NCBI GenBank assembly: GCA_965248575.1
Contig: CBDFJQ010000002.1
Location: 3,968,001-4,032,000, forward strand
DNA from: Planctomycetota bacterium
GTDB lineage: Bacteria; Planctomycetota; B15-G4
Direction of reading: 5' to 3'
Length of the DNA stretch: 64,000 nucleotides
The position numbers were made by a program, and so were the translations under genes. A model generated the notes under the pieces. The model was not told the origin of the DNA and made no database searches. It saw only the letters and a program-made list of their open reading frames with translations. Positions within the stretch are counted from its first letter, which is position 1. Each line of letters begins with the position of its first letter. This document shows, piece by piece, positions 37,873 through 50,378 of the stretch.

Positions 37873-39213
37873 TTGCCGACCTCCTCGATTCGTACCTCGT
37901 CCGTGGCCGCGACGAGTCCCAGGTTGGGCCCTCGGCCGGGGGTCCGGCTCCGTTCTCGGCCGGCAAACCTCTTGCTGCTGCTTGCGCTGGGGTTGTGTAC
38001 CAGCGCCTGCCTGGTGGCCCCACCTCGTTTGCAAGTGGAGTCCGGCCACGGAAGCGTGCGTTCGGATCACACACGACCTGGGCGAACCACCGCAGACTTG
38101 TTGGATGCCCTGGTTCCGGAAGTGCGCCGCCGCCTGCCCGACACCCTGGAGCAGGCTGTGGAAGTCTGGGTGCAGGAGAAGCTGTCGGTCTATCGTGGCT
38201 GGTCGGTGGGCCCGCAGGTCCCGGCCTTCACCGTTGAGGACGAGCGACGCATCCACCTGCTGGAAGGGGATGACGTCCAGCTTGCAGCGGCCCTGAGTCA
38301 TGAGCTGGTGCACGCCATGCTTGGGCCCAGTTGGAAGACCTTGCCGTCCGTGGCTGAGGAAGGCTTGGCCGACTGGATGCAGGAGGAACTCAACCGTCCG
38401 GTGGCGGCTTCGCTCAGGGCGGATCACCTGGCCAAGGCCGGGGCCGCGGTGGGCGGCCTGGAGTTCGGAGTTTGGTCGCGGGAGCGCAGGCGGCGCGGAC
38501 GGCGCCTGGGCACGGCCGTGTTTCCAAAGCTCGTCCAAGACGCGGCTCCGCTGGACCTGGCTGCGTCGTTCGCCCAGGACACGGGCTCCATGTCGGACTT
38601 CTTCCGCCCCTATCAAGTGGCGGTCTCGGACCCTCGGCTGTACGGCGTGGGTTACCTGGTGGTCTCGCGCGTGATTGAAGAACGGGGTGTCGAGGGTCTG
38701 CACAAGCTGTGCGTGGATGCTGCGGCTGAGGGCTTGGACCAGGTGCCGGGAGAACGCTTGCTCAGCGCCGCGCGGCTGACTGGACCGACCGATATCTGGC
38801 GACGGATCATTGTGCGGCGCATCCGCTACGGCGAGCTCATGGCCATCGGGCGCCAGATGGCGCCCCAGCTAGTGCGCCTGATCGTGGAGGACATCGGCCC
38901 CCGATCCCTGTCCGGCTCAGGGCGCGAGTTTCTCCAGCGCAATCGGCCCGTCTTCGGCCTGACCGAGGGTGAGCTGCGCATCGACCTGGACAGCTTGCCC
39001 GGTTTCACCCAACTGCTGCTCCAGGAGTGGCCGGAACCGGTCGAGGCCATTGAGCCGGTGGGCATCGGTTTCCCGGCCGCGCCCGTCATCCCAGGGGCTT
39101 CGTCCTCCATCAAGGGGATGACGGAATCGGGAACGGCTGTATTCTGGGCCGACTCCCCCGATCCTGCATCTGCCCCGCCAGCTCAGTTGGCGGCGCGGCG
39201 GCCTCTCCCGTGA
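37873..39213 (+). CDS. Probable lipoprotein with gluzincin metallopeptidase motif
   Basis: LSHELVHAML + EEGLA; lipobox-like TSAC; start uncertain. Confidence 0.65.
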   Translation: MPTSSIRTSSVAATSPRLGPRPGVRLRSRPANLLLLLALGLCTSACLVAPPRLQVESGHGSVRSDHTRPGRTTADLLDALVPEVRRRLPDTLEQAVEVWVQEKLSVYRGWSVGPQVPAFTVEDERRIHLLEGDDVQLAAALSHELVHAMLGPSWKTLPSVAEEGLADWMQEELNRPVAASLRADHLAKAGAAVGGLEFGVWSRERRRRGRRLGTAVFPKLVQDAAPLDLAASFAQDTGSMSDFFRPYQVAVSDPRLYGVGYLVVSRVIEERGVEGLHKLCVDAAAEGLDQVPGERLLSAARLTGPTDIWRRIIVRRIRYGELMAIGRQMAPQLVRLIVEDIGPRSLSGSGREFLQRNRPVFGLTEGELRIDLDSLPGFTQLLLQEWPEPVEAIEPVGIGFPAAPVIPGASSSIKGMTESGTAVFWADSPDPASAPPAQLAARRPLP

Positions 39214-39223
39214 CGTACAACCG

Positions 39224-41842
39224 ATGCTTCTGACTTGCCTGATGTCCGCCGTGCTTGCGGCGGCTCTCCCTGCCGCTGTGGGTGAAGTTTCTGGCCCGCA
39301 GCCCGTGCGCTTCCTCGAGAACCTGCAACGGGACGCCGTGCATCCAGCCGCTGGCGAAGGCGCAGCGGCTGCCGGATCCCCCGTGCGCTTCACAGCCCGC
39401 AACGGTGCGGTGGAAGCCTTCGTGACCGACCGCTCCTTGGTGCTGCTCCTGTCTCAGGGTGATGAGGCCGTTGCCTTGCACCTGGGCTTTGAGGGAGCGG
39501 ACTCCGGGGCTGCGGTTCGTGGAGAGCACAGCGACGGTGGGATGGTCAACTCCTACCGCGGTGCGACGGCCGACACCTGGGTGGAGGGGGCCTCGAATTT
39601 CACGACCCTCCGTTGGCGCGGCCTCTACGAGGGCGTGGATGTCCGCTTGCTGGAGCGTGACGGTCGTCTGGCCTACGACCTCTTGTTGGAAGCTGGTGCT
39701 GATCTGGAGCAGGTGGTGCTGCAGTGCGATGGTGCCCAGCGGCTGGAGTTGGTCGCCCCCGATCGGCTGCTCGTGCACACCGAGCTGGGCCCCTTGGAGC
39801 AGAGCTTGCCCGCAGCGTGGGAGGTGGACGCAGCGGGCCAAGAGCTCCCGGTCCAGGCGTCCTTCCGACTGCTGGACGACACGCATTTCGGGTTCAGCGT
39901 CGAGGGACGCCACCCGGAGCGGGCGCTGGTCATCGACCCCGGCCTGAACTACGGCACCTATGTGGGCGGCAGCCTCCTGGACAGTCCTTCCGGTGTGGCC
40001 TTCGCCCCCGACGGTGACCTGATCCTGGTGGGCACCACGGGCAGTTCCAATTTCCCCACGAGCCCTGGGGCGCAGCAGGGCATGCGCGCTGGGAACAACG
40101 ACGCCTTTGTGGCGCGCATCGACGCCACGGACGGCAGCTTGGTCTACGCGACCTTCTTCGGTGGGGCCGACACCACCACCTTCGATCCCGAGGGTGCCCG
40201 GGATGTGGCGGTGAGCGCCGACGGTTCCGTCACGGTTGTGGGACGCGCCGACTCAGCGGGTTTCCCCAGGACCGCCAACACGGTCGGGGTCGTGGATCCC
40301 GGCGGTGCCAACGGCTTCGTGGCACGTTTCGACGCCTCCGGGGCCCTGGTCTGGTCGACCCTCGTGGGCGGCTCCAACCAGGATTACGCCACGAGTGTGG
40401 AGGTCGACAGCCAAGGGCGCTCCATCGTCGCGGGCGTCACCTTCTCCAACAACTTTCCCGTCACTGCCGGCGCCTACGACGAGAGCTTCAACTCCATCTT
40501 CTTCACGAACGACCTCTTCGTGGTGAGCTTGTCGGCCGATGCCAGCAGTTTTGAGTACGCCACCTATGTGGGCGGCTCGCTGCGAGATGAGGCTTTGGAT
40601 GTCGCCCTGGACAGCGACGGCTCGGCTGTCGTCGCAGGTCTTACGGGCTCACCGGATTTCCCGAGCACGCCTGGGGCCTATGACGAGAGCTTCAACGGCG
40701 ACATCCCGAGCGAGACGGACGCCTTCGTCCTGCGCATCTCGCCTGGCGGTGCCGTTCTGGAGTGGTGCAGTTTCCTGGGCGGCTTGATGATCGTGGAAGG
40801 CCGCGCCGTGGATCTCGATGACGCGGGCAATGCCGTGCTCACGGGCATGACGGTGGGGGATGACTTCCCTACCACCCCCGGCGCCTTCCAGGACGCCTTT
40901 GGTGGCGGCGGATCCGACGCCTTCCTCTCGAAGCTCTCGGCCGATGGGTCCAGCCTACTCTGGTCCAGCTTCCTTGGAGGCGAAGGGGACGAGCAGGGTA
41001 TGGATGTGGTGTTGACCAACGGTGGCTTGCCCACGGTTGTGGGCAGCACGAACTCACAGGACTTTCCGACGCTCGGCGCGGCGCCTATCCAGACGTCGGG
41101 CGTTCCGGGTGGGTCCACGGGAGTGAGTCCGGGCACGGCCGCAACGAGCGGCGTTCCTGCCCCCAACCCCGTTAGTAGCCCGCCGGCTGCGGGCGGCAGC
41201 GTCACCCCGACTCACGACAACAGCCTCAACGGCGGCGAGGATGCCTTCCTCGTACGCACGACATTCGGGGGCACGACTTTGCTGTACGCGACCCTGCACG
41301 GCGGGAGCGCGGACGATGCGGGCGTGGCCTTGGACGTGAACGGGTTCGGCTCAGCACTCATGGGCGGCGCCAGCACCTCCCTCGATCTGCCGACACCGGG
41401 TGCGAGCTTTGACAGCACCGCCAATGGCGCCGGGGACTCCTTCCTGGCCCGTTGGTCCCTGCCGCCTTTCGAGTACTTGCCGTTGAGCACGGGGGCGCTC
41501 GGCGGCGCGGGGGGACCGACCCTCCGTCCTCATGGCTCCCTGGAGAAGGGACGACCGTTCTCCCTGGTGCTGGATTCAGCGCCGGCGCGGCGGGACGGAT
41601 TCCTGCTCATCTCGCGTACGGCTTCGGACATCCCCCTCGCCGGTGGAACGCTCATGGCCTGGCCCGCCCAAGCCTTGCTCCCGCTACGAACAGATGCCCG
41701 TGGTGCGCTCACCCTGAAACTGGAACGATGGCCTGCGGACCTCCCAAGTGGCGCCCAGCTGGTGCTGCAAGTCTGGCTCGAGCCCGGTGAGCGGGGCGCG
41801 CTGCCGGTCTCGTCGAACGGTTTGGCCCTGCAGGTGCCCTGA
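39224..41842 (+). CDS. Secreted SBBP (beta-propeller) repeat protein + shared C-terminal domain
   Basis: LVIDP.L.Y.TY.GG, G.T.S..FPT..GA and DAFVAR repeats; signal peptide. Confidence 0.9.
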   Translation: MLLTCLMSAVLAAALPAAVGEVSGPQPVRFLENLQRDAVHPAAGEGAAAAGSPVRFTARNGAVEAFVTDRSLVLLLSQGDEAVALHLGFEGADSGAAVRGEHSDGGMVNSYRGATADTWVEGASNFTTLRWRGLYEGVDVRLLERDGRLAYDLLLEAGADLEQVVLQCDGAQRLELVAPDRLLVHTELGPLEQSLPAAWEVDAAGQELPVQASFRLLDDTHFGFSVEGRHPERALVIDPGLNYGTYVGGSLLDSPSGVAFAPDGDLILVGTTGSSNFPTSPGAQQGMRAGNNDAFVARIDATDGSLVYATFFGGADTTTFDPEGARDVAVSADGSVTVVGRADSAGFPRTANTVGVVDPGGANGFVARFDASGALVWSTLVGGSNQDYATSVEVDSQGRSIVAGVTFSNNFPVTAGAYDESFNSIFFTNDLFVVSLSADASSFEYATYVGGSLRDEALDVALDSDGSAVVAGLTGSPDFPSTPGAYDESFNGDIPSETDAFVLRISPGGAVLEWCSFLGGLMIVEGRAVDLDDAGNAVLTGMTVGDDFPTTPGAFQDAFGGGGSDAFLSKLSADGSSLLWSSFLGGEGDEQGMDVVLTNGGLPTVVGSTNSQDFPTLGAAPIQTSGVPGGSTGVSPGTAATSGVPAPNPVSSPPAAGGSVTPTHDNSLNGGEDAFLVRTTFGGTTLLYATLHGGSADDAGVALDVNGFGSALMGGASTSLDLPTPGASFDSTANGAGDSFLARWSLPPFEYLPLSTGALGGAGGPTLRPHGSLEKGRPFSLVLDSAPARRDGFLLISRTASDIPLAGGTLMAWPAQALLPLRTDARGALTLKLERWPADLPSGAQLVLQVWLEPGERGALPVSSNGLALQVP

Positions 41843-42057
41843 TCGTGGCTCGGCCTGACGGTCGCGCAACAGGGCTCAGGCCTACTTGGGAACATGAAAA
41901 ACGACTGCCTGGACGGGTGTTCAGGCCCCCATGGCTTCGCTAGGATGCGGCGCTTTCCATTTGTCAGAAAAGTCCTTCACCACGGACACATCCCCTCTTC
42001 CGACTGGCGCCCGCTGGGCGCCTCTTCGCGGACACGACGAGCACACGAGCCGATTCC

Positions 42058-43821
42058 ATGACCACCACCAACCAGACTCTCAAGACCTGGGTTGACGAAG
42101 TCGCCGCCCTCACCACGCCTGACGCCATCCAGTGGTGCGACGGTTCGCAGGAGGAGTACGACAAGCTGATCGAGCTGATGCTCGCCAACGGCACCATGGA
42201 GCAGCTCGACCAGGACAAATGGCCCGGGTGCTACTACCACCGCAGCGACTCTTCGGACGTCGCGCGTGTCGAGCACCTCACGTTCATCTGCAGCGAAGAC
42301 AAGGAGACCGCGGGCCCCAACAACAACTGGGAAGCCCCGGCCGTCATGAAGGAGAAGATGACGGGCCTCTTCAATGGCTGCATGAAGGGCCGCACGATGT
42401 ACGTCGTGCCTTACTGCATGGGTCCGGTGGGCTCGCCCTACAGCAAGGTGGGCGTCGAGATCACCGACAGCCCGTACGTCACGGCCAACATGAAGATCAT
42501 GACCCGCATGGGTCAGCAGGCCCTCGACAAGCTCGGTGACAGCACGGACTTCGTGAAGGGTCTGCACAGCACCGGCGAGTTGGATCCCGAGCGCCGCTAC
42601 ATCTGCCACTTCCCCGAGACCCGCGAGATCTGGTCCTTCGGTTCGGGCTACGGCGGCAACGCCCTGCTCGGCAAGAAGTGCCATGCGTTGCGAATCGCGT
42701 CTGCACAGGCGCGCGACGAAGGCTGGTTGGCCGAGCACATGCTCATCCTCGGTCTCGAGAACCCGCAGGGCGAGGTGAAGTACGTCACCGCCGCCTTCCC
42801 GAGCGCGTGCGGCAAGACGAACCTCGCCATGCTCATTCCCCCGGCACACTACAAGGGCTGGAAGGCCTGGTGTGTGGGTGACGACATCGCTTGGATGCGC
42901 TACGGCGAAGACGGTCGCCTGTACGCCATCAACCCAGAGGCTGGCTTCTTCGGTGTGGCCCCCGGCACCTCCGAGAAGACCAACAAGAACGCTCTCGAGT
43001 CGCTCAAGACGAACAGCATCTTCACCAACACGGCCATCACCTCCGATGGCCAGCCTTGGTGGGAAGGCCTCGGCGAACCACCGGCCAACGCGACGGATTG
43101 GCGTGGAAACGCCTGGACTCCCGCGACCGAGACGCCGGCTGCTCACCCGAACAGCCGCTTCACGGCGCCTGCCCAGCAGTGCCCCGTGGTCTCGCCCGAG
43201 ATGGAGAACCCGCAGGGTGTGCCCATCGATGCCATGATCTTCGGTGGCCGCCGCGCCAAGACCGCACCGCTGGTTTTCGAAGCCTTCAACTGGGAGCACG
43301 GCGTCTACGTCGGCGCCATGGCTGCCTCCGAGACCACGGCCGCCGCGACGGGTGCTGTGGGTGTCGTGCGCCGTGACCCGATGGCCATGAAGCCGTTCTG
43401 TGGCTACAACTTCGCCGACTACTTCAGCCACTGGCTGGAGATGGGCAAGAAGTCCGACAAGGCTCCGAAGATCTTCCACGTCAACTGGTTCCGCCAGGAT
43501 GACCAGGGCAAGTTCATCTGGCCCGGCTTCGGCGACAACATGCGTGTGTTGGAGTGGATCCTGAAGCGTTGCGCCGACGAGGCGGACGCGGTGGAAACGC
43601 CCATCGGTCATGTTCCTGCTCCGGGCACCCTCGATCTCGAAGGCATCGACATCGACGAGATCACCCTCGAGCGCCTGCTGGGTGTCGACCCCGAGGCGTG
43701 GCAGTCCGAGCTGGAAGGCCAGAAGGAGTTCCTCGAGCAGTTCGGTGAGCGCATGCCCGCCGAGATGTGGACGCAGTTCGAGCAGCTCAAGGAACGGCTC
43801 TCCGCCGTCAGCGCGAGCTGA
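42058..43821 (+). CDS. pckG: Phosphoenolpyruvate carboxykinase (GTP)
   Basis: [58 protein letters not shown]. Confidence 0.98.
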   Translation: MTTTNQTLKTWVDEVAALTTPDAIQWCDGSQEEYDKLIELMLANGTMEQLDQDKWPGCYYHRSDSSDVARVEHLTFICSEDKETAGPNNNWEAPAVMKEKMTGLFNGCMKGRTMYVVPYCMGPVGSPYSKVGVEITDSPYVTANMKIMTRMGQQALDKLGDSTDFVKGLHSTGELDPERRYICHFPETREIWSFGSGYGGNALLGKKCHALRIASAQARDEGWLAEHMLILGLENPQGEVKYVTAAFPSACGKTNLAMLIPPAHYKGWKAWCVGDDIAWMRYGEDGRLYAINPEAGFFGVAPGTSEKTNKNALESLKTNSIFTNTAITSDGQPWWEGLGEPPANATDWRGNAWTPATETPAAHPNSRFTAPAQQCPVVSPEMENPQGVPIDAMIFGGRRAKTAPLVFEAFNWEHGVYVGAMAASETTAAATGAVGVVRRDPMAMKPFCGYNFADYFSHWLEMGKKSDKAPKIFHVNWFRQDDQGKFIWPGFGDNMRVLEWILKRCADEADAVETPIGHVPAPGTLDLEGIDIDEITLERLLGVDPEAWQSELEGQKEFLEQFGERMPAEMWTQFEQLKERLSAVSAS

Positions 43822-45071
43822 CCCCCAACCCGCGCGCAACCCTCGGGCTGTGCAGTGCCGGGCACGCTTTGTGTCACGGCACCAAGATGGCTTTGCCGGC
43901 CATCACGCTGTCCGTGGCAGCGCGGGACTTCGAAGTGGGCGAGCCGCAGATCGGGCTGGCCCTGTCGGCGTACACCGTGGGCATGGCGTTGTCCTCGGTG
44001 CCGGCAGGGCTGCTCGGCGACCGCTTCGGGCCGACGAAGGTCCTGGCGGCCTTCTTCTGGTTGTTGGCGGCCGCAGCGCTGGGCTGCGCCTTCGCACCGA
44101 CCTACGGGCTGCTGCTCATCGCGCACAGTCTGTTGGGCCTGTCGGCGGGTCTGTTCCATCCCGCCGGACTGAGCCTCGTGTCCCTGAGCGTTGAGCCCTC
44201 CCGCTTGGGCAGGGCCATGGGCTCCTTCGGGCTCATCGGTGGCCTCGGCTGGTTCTCGGTGCCCTTGCTCATGAACACGGGCATGGGTTGGCGCACAGGC
44301 TTCCAGGTGATCGCAGCGGCGAGCGCGCTGGGTGCTGTCGTGACCCATGTGATGGTCGCTCGGGGCCTCGTCCAGTGGGGGACCACGGAACATGGCAGCA
44401 CGCCGGAGGGGTCGGCTGGGGCCACGACCCCGGGGGCATCTCCGGGCAGGGCACCGGCTCCGGCGTCCCTGGCTGGTACGGGAAGGGCCCGGATCATCCT
44501 GCTCGTCTCGCTCCTGGCCGCCATGGGTATCAATGCGTTCTCCATGGACGGCTTCCTTGTCATGTTCCCGGAGACGGTGAACAGTCTGGGCACCTGGATC
44601 GTCGAGGAGCACGTACTCATCGCGAGTGTGATGGCGGTGGGAGCGCTCGGTCAGTACGTGGGCGGCTTCCTCGCCCGGGATCAGTTTGCGGCATCACGCT
44701 ACGCCGTGCTGCTGGTACTGCAGCCGCTGACGCTCTTCAGCCTGGCCCAGTCGCTGGGCGAGCCCGCCTGGCCCTTCATGCTCATGGGCAGCTTTGCGTT
44801 CTTGAATTTCATGACCCAGCCGATCGAGAACAAGTTGCTTGCCGTCTACACCTCGGCGCGTCGGCGAGCGACGGCTTTCGCGTTCAAGTTCGTGGTGGCG
44901 CTGCTCGTTGCGTCGCCGGCGGCGGTCTTGGTGGCGACGCTGTTTGCAGAGGAGCGCTGGGGCTTTCCTGCGATCTACCGCGTGCTCTCCTCGGTGGGCA
45001 TGCTGGGCGTGATTGCCGGCTATGCCTTCCTGCGGCTGAGCCGGTTGGCTGGGCGCCCCTCCCGCTCCTAG
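43818..45071 (+). CDS. MFS transporter
   Basis: GLLGDRFG motif A, GLFHP, about 12 TM segments; start ambiguous (CTG 43818, GTG 43767 or ATG ~43887). Confidence 0.85.
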   Translation: MTPNPRATLGLCSAGHALCHGTKMALPAITLSVAARDFEVGEPQIGLALSAYTVGMALSSVPAGLLGDRFGPTKVLAAFFWLLAAAALGCAFAPTYGLLLIAHSLLGLSAGLFHPAGLSLVSLSVEPSRLGRAMGSFGLIGGLGWFSVPLLMNTGMGWRTGFQVIAAASALGAVVTHVMVARGLVQWGTTEHGSTPEGSAGATTPGASPGRAPAPASLAGTGRARIILLVSLLAAMGINAFSMDGFLVMFPETVNSLGTWIVEEHVLIASVMAVGALGQYVGGFLARDQFAASRYAVLLVLQPLTLFSLAQSLGEPAWPFMLMGSFAFLNFMTQPIENKLLAVYTSARRRATAFAFKFVVALLVASPAAVLVATLFAEERWGFPAIYRVLSSVGMLGVIAGYAFLRLSRLAGRPSRS

Positions 45072-45277
45072 GCTTCGCCGCCGGGGCCAGCTGGGTCGGG
45101 GCCCGGGCCTGGGATCTTCGCATCCCGTCGGGAGTTGCTCGGGCTCGCAGTTGAGACCTGCAGCGCCCTGGGGGAATTGTTGACGTAGACTCGTGGACCG
45201 GTTCGCAGTACTGGTTCACGGCAGGGGCTCACGGGTGAGTCCGGGGCGAAGCCATCGAGATGGAGTCGTAGAAGAAG

Positions 45278-46141
45278 ATGACGCAGACCAATCTTGTTCC
45301 GCCGCAGACGCAGGTGCCTGACACGGTCCATGTCGACTCACTGGACCGTGAGACCTTCCTGCGCGACTACGTGACCGCTGGCAGGCCGCTGCTGATCCAG
45401 GGCGCCATGGACGATTGGAAGGCCTTGGAGGCCTGGAACGACCTGGCCTACCTCAAGAGCCAGGCGGGGGAGCGGCGTGTGCACGCCACCAATGTGGAGT
45501 CCGGCGGCCACGCGCAGGTCTCCCTGGCAGACTTCTGGAACAACATCTGCACCGACGGAAAGGATCCCCACGCCTACATCAACGCCATCGTGGAGCTGCG
45601 CGGCAAGGACGGTGTTCTTGGCAACTTGAAGGGCGATCTCGGTCGCGCTCCATTCCTGGACCCGGCCGACCACATCTCGACCCATGTGTTTGCCGGTCGC
45701 GACAGCCGCTGCGGTTTGCACTACCACCCGGCGACCGAGGCCTTCATGTGCCAGTTGGTGGGGCCGAAGCGCGTGCTGCTCTTTCCGCCGGAGGCCTCGC
45801 CCAAGATCTACCCCGTGGTCTGGCATTCAGCGCACGTGACCTTCAGCAAGGCAGTCTTCGAGCGCACGGGAGAGTGGCCCGACCTGAACGAGTACCCGTT
45901 GATGGCCGAAACTCGGCCCTACGAAGTGACGGCTCAACCCGGGGACATGCTCTACATCCCCATCTTCTGGTGGCATGTGGTGTTCGGCATGGGGACTTCA
46001 GTGTGTGCAGCCATGCACTACCCGGCGACGATCCGGAAGCGCTTCTTCACGCGCATGGGGCTGCGTAGCAACTACATCAACGGCAAGGTCATCCGCTACA
46101 ACTGGCGCCTGCTCACCGGTGGGTGGAAGCACCGCGGGTAG
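45278..46141 (+). CDS. JmjC-like cupin (Cupin_8) protein
   Basis: F..DYV..GRP.LI.G....WKA...W, LHYH, QLVGPKRVLLFPP, PGDMLYIP.FWWH. Confidence 0.88.
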   Translation: MTQTNLVPPQTQVPDTVHVDSLDRETFLRDYVTAGRPLLIQGAMDDWKALEAWNDLAYLKSQAGERRVHATNVESGGHAQVSLADFWNNICTDGKDPHAYINAIVELRGKDGVLGNLKGDLGRAPFLDPADHISTHVFAGRDSRCGLHYHPATEAFMCQLVGPKRVLLFPPEASPKIYPVVWHSAHVTFSKAVFERTGEWPDLNEYPLMAETRPYEVTAQPGDMLYIPIFWWHVVFGMGTSVCAAMHYPATIRKRFFTRMGLRSNYINGKVIRYNWRLLTGGWKHRG

Positions 46142-46282
46142 CCGGCACGACGCCGCTCAGGTGACAGACGCGTCAGGCGATTGACCGACGCAGCAGGCGA
46201 TGTGCGCTGAGTCGTTCCGGCCCGGCGCGGCTTCGTTCGGCCTGTGTCGGCCTGAGTCGGCGAATCGTTTACAACCTTCGCC

Positions 46283-48397
<2,115 letters not shown>

Positions 48398-48479
48398 TCG
48401 ATCTTGAACGACGCCTTGAAGGGCGCTCGATGCGGTTCGCCGGAACGCACCTTGAGCATGCTCGGAAGCTGGACGCCTC

Positions 48480-48905
48480 CTAGCCGCAGAGTTCTTCGTA
48501 GGTCGAGGCGTTGTTCTCGACGGGCAGGTTGGAGTCGGCCCAGCCGGGGCTGATGACCTGCCCCATGGGGTCGCGCTTGCCGCCGTATCCGCCTTCGACG
48601 TTGACGAGGTTTTCATAACCCACGGCGGCCAACTCGTTGCACGCGTTCAGCGAACGCACGCCGGCTTGGCACGACAGGTACATGCGCGTGTCCACCGGGA
48701 AGTGCTTCTGCACGGTGGGCGCGAAGTCCGGGTTGGGCGCCATCTGCCCGCTGACAGGATTCACGGTGGCCCAGGGCACGTTGATGGCGCCGGCCGGGTG
48801 GCCCTGCTCGTACTCACTCGACGTGCGTACGTCGAGGAAGCGGCACTCGGTCTCACCCTGCATCGCTGCATGTGCGGACGCGGGGTTCATGGACTCAATC
48901 GGCAC
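48480..48905 (-). CDS. Rhodanese-like domain protein
   Basis: LDVRT..EY..GHPAGAINVP and active-site loop CQAGVRS. Confidence 0.9.
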   Translation of the reverse strand: MPIESMNPASAHAAMQGETECRFLDVRTSSEYEQGHPAGAINVPWATVNPVSGQMAPNPDFAPTVQKHFPVDTRMYLSCQAGVRSLNACNELAAVGYENLVNVEGGYGGKRDPMGQVISPGWADSNLPVENNASTYEELCG

Positions 48906-48908
48906 GGC

Positions 48909-49121
48909 TCAGGCTTCCGCCATGCGCGCAACGCCCTTGGCGCGGTCACCATTGTCGCCGGCCTCGATCTCGAACTCGACGCTGATGCCCTCTTCGAGCG
49001 TCTTGAAACCTTCGCCCTCGATGTCGCTGTAGTGGACGAAGACATCCTTGCTCCGACCTTCGACCTCGATGAACCCGTACCCCTTGCTGTCACTGAACCA
49101 CTTCACTTTGCCGACGGCCAT
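48909..49121 (-). CDS. Cold-shock protein (CspA family)
   Basis: GKVKWF..KGYGFI and DVFVHYS; GGAG RBS. Confidence 0.96.
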   Translation of the reverse strand: MAVGKVKWFSDSKGYGFIEVEGRSKDVFVHYSDIEGEGFKTLEEGISVEFEIEAGDNGDRAKGVARMAEA

Positions 49122-49262
49122 GGACGTGAAACTCCCTGCGATGGACTGATTGCTGCGTGGACGCAACCTCTGACATGTTCGGGGCCAAGGACTTCGGCTC
49201 CCCCGCGCGTCGGATGATACCGGAGGTTTCAAAATCGCGTCAGGGGCTCTAACCTCACGCCC

Positions 49263-50264
49263 ATGCTGTCCGGAACGCTGCGCACGCTCGTGCACGAAAG
49301 CTCTCTTCTCGCCGGGAATCCCCTCGGTGACCCGTCGCTGCGTGAGTTGCCCATCTACCTCCCGCCGGAGTCTGCTGGCGCTGCCACGGACTTGCCCCTG
49401 ATTGCCGTTCTTGCGGGTTATGGCGGCAATGGGCGCAGTGCGCTGCACGGGACGCCCTGGGGGCCATCCTTTCCCGAGCGCTACGAACGGCTGCTGAAAG
49501 CCGGGCAATGCGAACCGGCTGCATTCATCTTTCCTGACGCGTGGACGCGCTTCGGCGGCAGCCAGTACATGAATTCGAACGCCACCGGTCGCTACGAAGA
49601 TTGGTTGGTGGACGAGGTGTTCCCGTTCGCTGAGCAGCAGTGCGGTGTGGGGGGCAGGCCCCAACGGCGGGGCCTCATGGGCAAGTCCTCAGGGGGTTTC
49701 GGTGCCCTGCACACCTGCCTCAATCGTCCGGGTGAGTTCTCGGCCCTCGCGAGCCACAGCGGCGATGCCTACTTCGAGCTGGGTTACAAACCCGAGTTCG
49801 GGCGCCTGCTGGAGATGCTCGACAAGCACGGCGGGGTCGAGGCTTTCGTCAAGGCCTTCGAGGCAGCCCAGAAGGTGTCGACGCCCATGTTCATCGCCAT
49901 GAGCGTGCTGGCCATGGCATCGGTCTATTCGCCGGACCCCAGCGAGCCCTTCGGCTTGGCCCTGCCTGTGAACCTGCGCACGGGGACCCTGCGTGACGAC
50001 GTCTGGGCCCGCTGGCTGGAACACGACCCCGTGGGCATGTGTGAGCGTGGTGGCGCCGTGTTGAAGGACTACGCCTGCGTCTTCGTGGACGCGGGCCTGT
50101 CGGATGAGTACCACCTCCAGTTCGGCGCACGCCAGGTGGTGGATGCCCTCCGCGGGCACGGTGTCGCTGTGGAGCACCAGGAGTTCGACGGTGGGCACAT
50201 GGGTGTCAGCTATCGCTTCGACAGTTCTTTGCCGCTTATGACAGCTGCCCTGTCCCGCGACTGA
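49263..50264 (+). CDS. Putative esterase (alpha/beta hydrolase, Fes-like)
   Basis: GNPLGDP..R...YLPP, GGSQY.NS, nucleophile GKSSGG, EFDGGH. Confidence 0.88.
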   Translation: MLSGTLRTLVHESSLLAGNPLGDPSLRELPIYLPPESAGAATDLPLIAVLAGYGGNGRSALHGTPWGPSFPERYERLLKAGQCEPAAFIFPDAWTRFGGSQYMNSNATGRYEDWLVDEVFPFAEQQCGVGGRPQRRGLMGKSSGGFGALHTCLNRPGEFSALASHSGDAYFELGYKPEFGRLLEMLDKHGGVEAFVKAFEAAQKVSTPMFIAMSVLAMASVYSPDPSEPFGLALPVNLRTGTLRDDVWARWLEHDPVGMCERGGAVLKDYACVFVDAGLSDEYHLQFGARQVVDALRGHGVAVEHQEFDGGHMGVSYRFDSSLPLMTAALSRD

Positions 50265-50378
50265 GCCGCGACTGAGCCGGCTCGATGCCGACCCGATCAG
50301 GTTGCTAGAGTGGCGCGCCCCTTGGCTGGCGTCGCGGAGTGTTCCACGAGCCTGAGGAGGGTCCGGCAGAGCCCCACC

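Noticed and set aside
41941..42057. Riboswitch in the pckG leader
   Set aside because: Only a short GGCGCCC/GGGCGCC hairpin; no recognisable aptamer or expression platform.
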